From Lingula anatina (taxonomy: Eukaryota > Animalia > Brachiopoda), in NCBI GenBank assembly GCA_051362555.1, contig CM120640.1, positions 21,948,001 to 22,012,000 on the forward strand: DNA of 64,000 bases. The letters are read 5' to 3'. Position 1 is the first letter of the stretch; each line of letters begins with the position of its first letter. Positions 42,101 to 52,521 of this stretch are shown one piece after another. The notes under the pieces were generated by a model that did no database searches, was not told where the DNA came from, and was given only the letters and a program-made list of their open reading frames with translations. Both the position numbers and the translations under genes were made by a program.

Positions 42101-42355
42101 GCATTGATATTAAAATGATTCCTAGTTAATCTTTGAAGAAATTTTTTACTGTAGCCAATAGGTGGGAACCGTGCTCATGTTTGCTGTTCTCCTCTTGCAG
42201 TGATTACTGCCCCTAATATCCGGTACAACCAACAGCAGCAGGTAACACGAGGCTGGCCTCAGGGGGGGAACCCCTGTGGACCCCAGGGAATTAACCCAGG
42301 GATGGTGCCTGGGAAGTCAGCACCTGTTGTACAAAGAATATTCAACAGGCGATAG
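26738..42355 (+). CDS. TUT4/7: Terminal uridylyltransferase 4/7-like (ZCCHC11/ZCCHC6 pro-ortholog), more than 20 coding exons
   Basis: Start ATGGCGGAAGAA in exon 26738-26763, phase-consistent with exon 27945-28312. C2H2 finger FCRLCEYHCDTLQICANHAKDNRH (30743-30859). Inactive NTase YGSSVNGFGLKSSDLNID (31803-31943). CCHC CAICLQEGHLKQHC (36238-36385). Active NTase LFGSSCNGFGFQHSDLDIC (36628-36815) plus ADISLYN (37004-37165). GSLSSYAY and IEDPFDLSHNLG. CCHC CRVCGKIGHFAKEC (40081-40205). Q-rich tail. Stop TAG at 42353-42355. Confidence 0.93.
31047..31147. mobile_element. Small MITE remnant with 13-bp TIR
   Basis: ATGGGTGAAAGTT ... AACTTTCACCCAT inside a TUT intron. Confidence 0.55.
33785..34685. 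mobile_element. 901-bp MITE with ~110-bp TIRs and ATTGT target-site duplication, in a TUT intron
   Basis: CAGGCCTACCCATCTACCAGACTCGGCACCTAC...GTCAGATCGCATTACAGAGTATCA is mirrored by TGATACTCTGTAATGCGATCTGAC...GTAGTTGGTTAGGCCTG. ATTGT flanks both ends (33780-33784 and 34686-34690). Confidence 0.9.
37915..38082. mobile_element. Degenerate hAT-like MITE
   Basis: Termini CAGGGGCGGAT... and ...AGATCTGCCCCTG. No clean 8-bp TSD remains. Confidence 0.55.
39168..39214. repeat. (ATGT)n microsatellite
   Basis: Tetranucleotide run. It creates the spurious MYVC ORF start. Confidence 0.95.
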
Positions 42356-43947
42356 CAGTGTCTGAAAGCATACTGCACTGTTTCTAGACTTCAAACATAA
42401 TCGTTTGAAAATGATTTTTATTTTTATTATTTTTATTATCATTTTTTATTTGTCAAACTCAGATTGGGACATTTTGAAAATTTTTTAGTGGATGCAGGTT
42501 TTGTATTCTTTGTATCGATATTTGTTGAAGAATGCATAGTTTGTATGTCTATACTTTTTAAGTTTCTTTAAACAAAAATTAAGAATTTAAAATAAATATA
42601 TTTTAGACATTTGTGCTTTCTTGAGATACGGATATCACCACAAAAATTGTAAATCACTTTTACATGATTGTTTAAGAAAACTTGACAATAAGATATATTT
42701 GTATGTTTTATAATTTAATTTATTATTTCTTTTAATGAAATATTTGGAGTGCTTTGAATGTGGTAAAAGAGAGTGATAATAAAATGTAATGTAAAAGTCA
42801 TCTTCCATTATTGTAAGATCTTCTGAAAAATGAAACGGAACAGTATTCATTCTAAGCAAGAGTACATTTTTCAGACCCAGTTCTAAATTATCTGAATTGC
42901 TCCTGTTCGCATTTTCATTTGTTCTTTTGCTTTCCCCAGCGAAGGTATTAACTTGGTTTAACTGTGTGGAACTTTATCTTTATAGGGAGCATCAAAAAGG
43001 GTGATGGAATTTGTTTTCATTTGTAAAATTATGAAATATGTAAACAAAATATGAAAAAGGACCAGTAATTTGTTTTTTTGACATTTATATGAAATGTGAT
43101 ATCAAAAGCAAAGTAAAAGGATTGGACTCATTTTGCACAACTCGCATAGCGAAAGAAAAACGCCTTATAATTGCCGTTAACTATATTTTAGAGTGCATTT
43201 ATCAAATGTTTACTTTTATTCCTATTTCTACAAAATTATTTAAAAGCTATACATTTGGTTATAATTGCACTTAAATATCAAGTATGTGTCGGCATTTTCA
43301 TATCCCGTTTGCTTATCAAAATGTGGCGGAAAATCCAACTTTAAATGTCAAATAAATGCATGAAGTCGAACAGCAAACCTCATATTTAGAGACCACTTCA
43401 ATCTTTTTAGGGTTTGAACTCCTCCAGAAATGCATAACAATAGAACTGAAATCTGGGTTTCTATTTTTATGGCACCTTATAAGAATAAAGAGAATGGCCT
43501 CATCCTAATCCGAATTTGATTCTTTGTCGTTGCACTTGCATGAGTCTAATGAAAAGCGCGGGGAACGAACACAAACAAGGATTATTTATGCACGCTATTA
43601 TGAAACAGGAATAACAGAGAGAGACAAAGCGTTATACTTCCCGTGCGGAATTTGTTATTCTAAAGACCTTTCAACCAAGAGAACGAGATATTATAAACGA
43701 ACTGAGGAAACGCTAATTTGGATTCAAGCTCCACACGACCATCGGGAGAAAGGTAAAAACAAATACTAGAGTGATTTGATGATTCTTATAGATGACTTAG
43801 ATAGTCGATTACATAGCATTGAACTAATCACTCAGTTACTATGCAGGTGCTTTTTATTAAGCTAGAACACGCACCAAAAACGAGGACTTTCTTGATAAAT
43901 TGTTTCCCCTCTTCCACCCCCTAATATAAACTGATCGTTGCTTGGTT

Positions 43948-43960
43948 GTCGCCAGGGAAC
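43948..43960. promoter_or_regulatory. Candidate RFX X-box upstream of the Tctex1-domain gene
   Basis: GTCGCCAGGGAAC resembles GTTGCCATGGCAAC. It lies ~170 bp upstream of a strong donor (AAG|GTAAGT at 44132/44133) that can splice to the acceptor at 45197 ahead of the CDS. Confidence 0.5.
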
Positions 43961-45216
43961 GCACATCCTAGGGTCAGGAACTACGAGACTGCTATCTTGT
44001 GACCAGGTAGACAGACACAACGTTATCATCTACCTGTCAATTTTCAGTAAAAATTGTGACAACACAGCCGGTTGATAGTGAGGCTGTCCTGTGTTCAACT
44101 AACAACGCTAAACGTCTTTAATTATTATTCAAGGTAAGTCCAAATGTGTTGGAGCGTATTTATGTAGCAGTGAGTTGTAGATGTATGAAATTCTGGAATC
44201 CGATCTAGCAGATTTAATTAAATATTTCTGACTATTGGGAGATGTAACGAGTCTAGACTGGGTTTTTAAACAGATATTAATATCAAGCACTTATCAGTGA
44301 AGGGACCGAGTAAGGCTTTACTGCACCTGGCCGTTAGATTGTGCCATCAAGATACAGGTACCACAAATAGCAAAATTGTTCATGCTGTGCCAAAAATGAA
44401 GTGAAAATGCCGTCGTCTTTGCCAGACTCTTCAAGTGCCTTGCATGTGAACACATAAATACACTTGGGCTAAAACTGCGTATCCATGACAGCGTGTATAC
44501 ATCCGTGGGGCTTGTCCTTTTATTACACTATGAAATTCGATTTCTACGGATTGTCTTTGGAACTGCGCGTTATCATAATATTTTCCCGGAGCTGATTACT
44601 ATTGTTAATTCACAAAATCGATCCATTTTAAGCACCAGACTTGTTCTGTATCTAATATAATTTGATATTTACTGACGGATTTTGTAAGTACTAGCTTTTG
44701 GGATTTTACAAAATACGATTACACACGTACCTTCATACGAAAAAAAATATGAAGCGTTTAAATGGAAATAGAAACGCATATTCTCTGTTTGGTGGTGCAA
44801 TTTGTAAGTCGTTGGGATGAAATAAGCCATCACAATGTACGATATTGATTGCTGTAAAAGTTATATGTCAAAACCAATCCCTGGGTACTTTGAATCAACA
44901 CTTCGAAGCCTTTACAACTAGTAATTAATCCGATTGTGATGAAGTGCGCAGTTTGTAGGTATATGATGATCGGAACTTCATCATACAGATGATACATTTT
45001 GACAATATTGAGATCAAGATCAAATGCTGTTGAAGATTACAGTGAAAATGTGGCCATCCGTGTCGTCTGTGTGTAATTAAAAAGAATGAGAGAGAGTGAG
45101 AGAATGTTAAGTGTCTAAAATTGACTGTAGGTCATATGAGTATATCATATACGCCCTACGTGTATCTATGACGTTATATCATTTATTTATTTTCTAGCCT
45201 TTGGACACCGAGCAAA

Positions 45217-45651
45217 ATGGCCAAGTTCTTAAATGCAGTCCAAGGCTTGATGTCCGCATCGACCCAGCGCAGTCAAGCGACAAAACAACCTACAGTAAAA
45301 TTTGAGAACACGTACAAAATGGAGCCCGATGATCAGTTTCCAGTAGGAAAGGCAAAGAATTTGATTAAAGAAATTCTGGAAGTCGGTTTACAAGATGTAG
45401 AATATAACGCCAAAACTTGCAATGGAAAAGCAAGAGAACTGGCACAACAGATAAAGAACAGAGTGAAAAAATTGGGATACTCAAGATTTAAGTTGGTATG
45501 TGCCGTCACTATTGGACAAGTTGATAAATCCTCTGTGGCGGTGGCTAGTCAATGTATCTGGAACGAAAAATATGACACATATGCAGAATATACTTTTAAA
45601 AATGCATCTTTATATGCCGTTGGGATCGTTTACGCCTTGTATTTTGAATAG
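45217..45651 (+). CDS. Tctex1-domain dynein light chain (TCTEX1D1/DYNLT5-like), single coding exon, 144 aa
   Basis: FENTYKMEP...IKNRVKKLGYSRFKLVCAVTIGQ...VASQCIWNEKYDTYAEYTFKNASLYAVGIVYALYFE is a typical Tctex-1 domain with a C-terminal YFE. Confidence 0.9.
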   Translation: MAKFLNAVQGLMSASTQRSQATKQPTVKFENTYKMEPDDQFPVGKAKNLIKEILEVGLQDVEYNAKTCNGKARELAQQIKNRVKKLGYSRFKLVCAVTIGQVDKSSVAVASQCIWNEKYDTYAEYTFKNASLYAVGIVYALYFE

Positions 45652-46839
45652 ATTTATGGCGAAATGTCTCAGCAATGAATCCGACAAATCAATGTAAAAA
45701 GACAATCGCAATCATACAGCAGGGACCACCAACTAATGCATCGGAAAGACGCTGAAATACGTGTGATAGTTTGAGAATTGTGATTTTAATGGAAGAATGG
45801 GGTATGTTTTTTGCGCGAAACCGTGCACAGACATTTTCTAGTAACTTGTATACCGATGTCTTCGTCAAATCAGTATTTGCCAATGATCCAGGTGCCAAGA
45901 ATGCAGGAGGTTAGACTTTCTTGTTATGCGGATGTAATGATGTGATCATTTTTTCATCGATATGATGCGTGGAATGTGAAGGAGATATGAAATACACGTA
46001 CATGTAAGATGTAAAACATTTCTTGGGTGAAACAAAACAAAACTATTCACTTTATGTATATCAATTTGCGCTTACACAATATAATATACATGTATTTATA
46101 TAAACTTTCTGACAGAGTATGCTGTTAAGAAAATCTTTATTTTGGTAAAAATGTTGTATATTTATGTCGTAAATCTGTCTGTTAATATCTGATGTTAGTT
46201 TTTGCAATTGATGACACACTTAGTCATTATGGCCATGAGATGTTGCACAAACCATTGTCCATTCGTATAACTTGTCTATACACCCTTTTGTCATGTTTTG
46301 CAAATACTATATCTATAGACTATAGTTGGGCACAATGAATGTGTTCAAGAACAATGTCTTTATCAATAAGAGTAGGCCTATTTTGTTTTACTTTGAGTCG
46401 TCTTTTTCACTTGGATTTCTCTTCCATATCTAACCGTGGTCGGTTTAATTTTTTCGTAATTCTATTCTGTGAATAAATGTTTTTAATGTCTTTCCCAGTG
46501 TTAAAACCAGATTCATTTATGGATTTAACACACATCATATGTTGTCACTGTCCCTGCGTGCACTCTGCTATGACCAAATCTATCTATTTAGGAAAAACAT
46601 TCAAATAAGTTTTTGGATATTGATATTTATATCCTTTTCATAAAAAATAAAAAATAAAATAGTGTAAAGCGTCTGATAACACGGTGACCTAAATTCGAGT
46701 GGCCTAAATGATCTATATCTATTTGTATTGAGCGCAACTCCCGAGGAACCCGGAAGCATTAGCCTTAATTAAAAGGAGCCTTGGCCTATATTGATATTTA
46801 AAAAAACCGTGCACAAATAAATATCTGGCATCTTTTAGT

Positions 46840-47028
46840 GAAAGTAAAATCAACATTCACAGGTCTAACGTTAAAAAAAAAGTTAAATAAAAAAAATTGA
46901 AAAAAAGAACTTGAATTAATTCTATGAGCGAAAGTAAAATTATTAACATTCATAGGTCTAACGTTTGGAAAATAAAAGGACGTTAAATAAAAAAAACTGA
47001 CAAAAGCACTTGAATTAATTCGATGAGC
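46840..47028. repeat. Imperfect tandem duplication (~90-100 bp unit)
   Basis: GAAAGTAAAAT..AACATTCA.AGGTCTAACGTT...ACTTGAATTAATTC.ATGAGC occurs twice. Confidence 0.8.
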
Positions 47029-47174
47029 TTTCTTTGAACTGCTACGGGGTTGAGCTCCCACGCCGAAAGTACGTTGAATACGGGAACCCAAGAGGACTGC
47101 CAGTACTGATAAAAACACAGCGGAGATCTTCAGCAAGGATGTGTTAGGTGCGACACATTGTTGTCAAGTATCAT

Positions 47175-47207
47175 TGACGTCATTCCACAAACAACATGGC
47201 GGACGAC
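47175..47207 (+). promoter_or_regulatory. CRE site and probable first exon (CAACATGGCG) of the membrane-protein gene
   Basis: TGACGTCA at 47175-47182. CAACATGGCGGACGAC|GTGAGT donor at 47207/47208. Acceptor AATAG at 47735. Confidence 0.5.
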
Positions 47208-47819
47208 GTGAGTGGTTTCTCTGGAATATCCAGAAATATTAACGTTGATAATCCATTTTTTAGCATTTGTTGTGATTAAGTAATCCGTTCAGTGGAAGTT
47301 TGAATGCCCATCTTTCAAATTATGTAATATGACATTATATCAAGACATTTGAATAATTATTGTGAGAGATAAAATTGACGGCTTCAAGAGCTGGGGTGAA
47401 ATTGGTCAGAGAGCTTAAAAATTTACCGTAAAAACATTTAAAATTTAGTTGAGAAATTTCCAAACTAATTGTCTCAGATAGCAGAAGATTTTAATGAAAG
47501 TAGTTCTACAGTTTCACATTATATTTGTCAAAAGTATTTAAAATCTAAATGTCTTGATTTCATTTTGTATTATTAGTGAATTTAGGGTCAGTCTACATGT
47601 AAATACTCGGGTACAGGGGTAATCGTATAATGTTAAATTAAATGTACATGCATAGTGGAAATTTATTTATTTTAATCAGTGTAGCTTACCATAACTTTAT
47701 TTTCAATTGATTGATTTTACTTTCCCACCAAATAGGTTTTTAAGACCTTCAAGAAAGAAAACTAGACAAAAGTCTTGTACCGAGTACATGTAGGCCTACG
47801 GATCAAGACAGCTAGGAGA

Positions 47820-50800
47820 ATGCCGTACAAGGGAGAAATTGTCCCTCTGTTACCAGATACTGCTATGAAAGGAGGGGAGCATGGAAGTGCTGGCTTCACC
47901 ACAACCATCAACATTCACAGTGATGATGAGATTTGGGAAGAAGAGGCAAACGAGGAAGATACTGTTCTCTTTGCTGATGGGAAACGGCGTGGAACATCTC
48001 TGATCTTGAATGATGCTGTGATAACATTGTTAGAATATGTGCAGATATTTGCCTTACTGCAGTCCTCAGCACTCAGGTGGGTGTGGCCAGAAACATGGCT
48101 GAAGTCAACATATTTTGTCTTCCTGTTCAATGGGGATATATGGGAGTTTATGAAGTTCCAAGGTAATGAAACCTACAAGAATGTGCAGGATTACTACACT
48201 CCTAGTGCCGACTTGACTATTGATTTCTGGAGCATCCTGCTAGGCTGGGGCTGTTTGATGTTTCTGCTCATTGTTACCTTCATTGTAATCTACATAGTAC
48301 TGAACTGTAAGAAGCACCCTTATATGCTGGTCAGAGTGGCCAGGCTCCAGAGGGTCTATATCCTCATACTGCAAATACTAGCCATTCCAGTGGGGGTGAC
48401 AATTGGCAAACTGTTCCACTACACTGACACATACAAAGTGGATGTGGACAACACACTGGATGCATTCAGTGGAATGCACTGGGCGTACATTGCCCCCGCA
48501 GCAGCATTTGCTCTAGTCTACTACCTGATCTTCCCTGCCTGGCTCATTCAGAAGACCAAGAGAGAGATTCTGACATCTAGTGCTGATCGCCATGAAGGTT
48601 ATTTACAGTTGAAGGAGACAGAGTATGTTCAGGGCCTTGATGTGCTGTGGATGGTCAGTGGGTTTCACATCTTCTCATCCTTCAAGAGAGTTTCAGTATA
48701 CTTCCGTCCTGCTCTCCATATCTGCAAGTTCATGTTGCTGGCTCTCTATGCTGGGCTGTACAGGTACCTGTTTTGGCAGGCTGTGGTTACTACATCAATT
48801 CTGTTTGGAATGCTGTTCTTCTTTGTGTTCTGGAGACCATACAGAGTGTCGGCATTTAATTTCATGCTTATCATGAGCTTCCTTTGCTTGATGTTTAACA
48901 GTCTGATAGGTGCCATGATTACATCCTTCACCCCAGCCACTCTCCAGTCGCCTTGGTTCACCCCCACCTATGTTCTTTACATGCTGATCATCATCAACGG
49001 ACTGTGGCTACTTTGTGTTATCGGGTTCTTGTTGTACTTGGGACTGAAGCAGTGTGGCAAGTGCCCTTGCTGTGGACAGGAACCACTGTGGCCCACAATG
49101 ACATCCCATGGGCTGGATAAACTAAGCCCACAAACTCGGAAATTCACCAGAGGAATCTTAACTGCTAGGCAGTTGATGGGTGAGTTCTGTAATACTGAAT
49201 TTTATTGGAAAGGATGTTTTATATCATATTTCAGAAACTTTAAAAATGGCTGTTAAAGAATAAATTTAAGAAAATTTTGTTACATCGGATGAAGTTATTG
49301 CTATACTCTTTATAATGACTACAATGTATATGATAATTAAGATTTCTCCAAAGAAAAATAGTTGCAAATGTTAACTATTTTTAATATTTATTTTTCAGAA
49401 AAATGTTTGTCAATGCCTCCAATCTTTGCACCAGCCCATGAATTATCTCGTCAAATCCAGATCATCAATGCTTACTGCAGAGAGGCGGAGTACTTAAGAG
49501 ACCCCATACATGCAACACTGTGGGACCTGCTGGATGAGTTGATAGAGGCACACTCCCAGGTGGCGCCTCATTCTGTGTTTGCTGGTATGTAAATGGAAGA
49601 ACCTCATGATGAGAACTCAAAATATATTGACTGAGAAAAAATTTTGTGTAAAAAATTATTATTTTGTCTACTAGGTGATATCCAGTGAATTTAAATATAG
49701 GCCAGTTTTAAAGTTGTTAAAATACTTTTTTAAAATGTTCATTAATGATTGAAGATAATGTAACATTCTGAAAATGGTGCTTTCTTTTTTTGAATGTAGA
49801 TAGTGTCAAGGGTTCCATTCGCCAGACAGCAGGAGAGCTGATGAAGATGATGCCAATGTTTGTACGGCGTTTGGCACAGAGAGAGTACGACTTCATCTTG
49901 TTGTCACCTCTGAAGAGGAGACTGCTGTTGAAGATGTATTGTCTTGGTAAGCTTAATGTTAAGAGATAAATTAAAATTATTTTAATCTCTTGTCTGATTA
50001 ACTAAGTAGAATTAAGCTACAATTAGTATGCCTGTTTTTTAATGTCGAGCCCAATTAAAAGGATTTGAATTATAAAAGATTCCATGCAGTGTCGGGTTTA
50101 AATATAAAAATTAATGTGTTTTCTTTTCATTAGGATTATTTCTAAATGGCCGCCAAGAAAAGATACAGAAGGATAGGTTGACTAGTCATCAAGCAAAGAG
50201 AATTTGGACAGATGCATCTGAGAAGAAAGATGTGCAAGGTAGGGCTATATGTTGTGAAGCAAAAAGAGAAAAGATGACAACTTGTGGGGCTTGTGATCAA
50301 CATACTTCTAATAACCATGAAAACAGAGAATTTCATGCATGATAAAAACACTTTTTCATCCAAATGTAGAGATATAAAATTCTGAGTTTGAAGTGACAAA
50401 GTTTGATAATGTTGATATATATTCTTCAATATGGTTTTATACAAGAAGGAAAAAAAATTAAAATGTAAAAAATGTTACAGAAATTTACTTATAATTTTTT
50501 CTTATTAAGTTGATGATGGTTACTACGAAGACATGTATCCAGAACGTCTCCTGGGCCCAGACAAAGAATATCGCCCTCAGACTGCCATATCCTTTGGTAA
50601 CATGAGCCTAGCTGAGCAAAATGATGAGGACTACATGAATCAAGTAGATAGCTGGACCAAAGAACACCCACTGTCTCGGCAAGGAAATGTGAACAGGGGA
50701 TTTGTAAGTATATAATTTGCTTATGGTTATAGAACTAACGGGCACATTTAATATGAGTATCTTTATTTTTGGCGAAAAAATTTAAGTAAAGGTACATGTA

Positions 50801-52274
50801 CATAAGAAGTGAAACCACAGACAGCCTTGTTTTTATGTATATATATATATATCATATACATAACTTTCATAGAAAATAATATCACAAAATATTATATGAT
50901 GATTGCATAAGAATATTAATTTATAGTAAATTTGACCTGTGGCTTTGTGTGTATATTTCAGCTGTCTGATAACTTGTCAGATATCCTTGGAGATGATGTT
51001 TCCTTGAATCTCTCTGAGATGTTAGATGGAGTCCCAAGCTTGTCCAGGTAGGTTTTGTCATATCAATCAGGCATGGAACTTGATATATTGAGAAATAGAG
51101 GTGTAAGTTAAATGTAAGTCATGCATTTGTAGATATAAGGCAAAATTTTAAAGACTTTAATATTACGGCATGTTCATTTTGTCTTCTATAATGTAAATGC
51201 ATTGTGTATAATTTTTAATTTTTACAAGGCGATACATGTACAAAAAGAGGAAAGGCATAATCAAGTGAGATATGTTTGCTTAGTTTTTCTTTTTTATCAA
51301 AATATACATCTTGGTGTTTTGATTGTGTTCAGGGTTGCTCTTAAATCTGGCTGAATTAAGTTCATTTTATGGATGCAATTTTATACAGTGTATGCATTTC
51401 ATACATGAAGTTAAAATTGCTTTGCTTGCACTTTATGTATTTGTTATTGTAGCAATACTTTTTTCTTTTCTGGCTTTACTTTTTTCTAAATATCACTTTC
51501 TTTATAAACCATTCAATGTTGATCAAAGACATTTTTACTATTAAAATTGCATTGTTTCACGAAAAAAGTTTTGGACAACACAAGAAAACAATACCATCTA
51601 CAAGTGAGCATGTGCATTTGCAAAAGAGGTACCTCATATTTGATCATTTTTGTGCAGTGTATTTCACCCTGTCCTCAGTCATTTAAGTGGTTAGTAAACA
51701 AACTCTTCTTTATGACAGAGCAGGGACAGCTAACACCCAAAGTGGGTCTGGTAGTACAGGTTCCAGACCCGGTAGTGCAGTGTCCAGACCTGGCAGTGGA
51801 GGGTCCAGACCCAGTGCAGCATCCAGACCTGGCAGTGGAGGGTCCAGACCCAGTGCAGCATCCAGGCCTGGCAGTGGAGGGTCCAGACCCAGTGCAGCAT
51901 CCAGACCTGGCAGTGCAGCGTCCAGGCCTGGCAGTGGAGGGTCCAGATCCAGCAGTGGGGTAACAGTAGGTGGGAGACCAGAGTTGGAAAGACAAGGCAG
52001 GCAAGGAGGCAGACCATCATCAGCCCAATCCAGACCAATGTCTCCCTTGGCCAGGCCAACATCAGCCCAATCAAGGCCGATATCTCCACTAGCAAGACCA
52101 CCTTCAGACCAGTCTAAACCAGTATCTCCTTTAGCTGGGCCATCACCCCCACAGCCTGCTGAACATACGCAGCCAGTTCCCAGTGAGTCAACAAGTCCCA
52201 CAGCAGAACAGCCAACTGACACCAGTGCAAAGTCTACGGAGAAAGACAGTCAAACTGCTCCTGACAGCAAATAA
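47820..52274 (+). CDS. Uncharacterised multi-pass membrane protein (about 9-10 hydrophobic segments) with Ser/Pro/Arg repeat C-terminal tail, 7 coding exons
   Basis: Phase-consistent exons 47820-49179, 49399-49584, 49800-49946, 50134-50238, 50510-50703, 50962-51047, 51719-52274. Many hydrophobic helices. Motifs YVQIFALLQ..WVWP and WRPYRVSAFN loosely resemble TRP-like/FLC transmembrane domains (inference only). Confidence 0.8.
51762..51956 (+). repeat. Coding minisatellite encoding (SRPGSGGSRPSAA)n
   Basis: 39-bp unit CCAGACCTGGCAGTGGAGGGTCCAGACCCAGTGCAGCAT, about 3 full copies plus partial 21-bp units. Confidence 0.9.
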
Positions 52275-52390
52275 AGATTCTACAGTTACACCATCAAAGC
52301 AGCCAACCACAGAAAAATGGAAGCTGTATTCCAACATGTAGAAACATGAGATGATGTTTTGAACTATCATGCTTTTCTGTCTGCTAAACA

Positions 52391-52521
52391 AGCTGTGTAA
52401 TTTGTACATGGAACATTTATTTGGAAAAGTGCTGTATTAAGATCATTGAAAAAGCTATCAGGTTTTTCTGTCAAGCTGTGTAATTTGTACATGGTACATT
52501 TATTTGGAAAAGTGCTGTATT
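52391..52521. repeat. Direct repeat (~48 bp) in the putative 3' UTR
   Basis: AAGCTGTGTAATTTGTACATGG.ACATTTATTTGGAAAAGTGCTGTATT occurs twice. Confidence 0.85.

Noticed and set aside
51547-52222. Overlapping repetitive ORFs 51547-51963 (+), 51675-52004, 51710-52222 and 51730-52101 (-)
   Set aside because: These are alternative-frame and antisense shadows of the coding minisatellite. Only the SRPGS frame is phase-compatible with the upstream exon.
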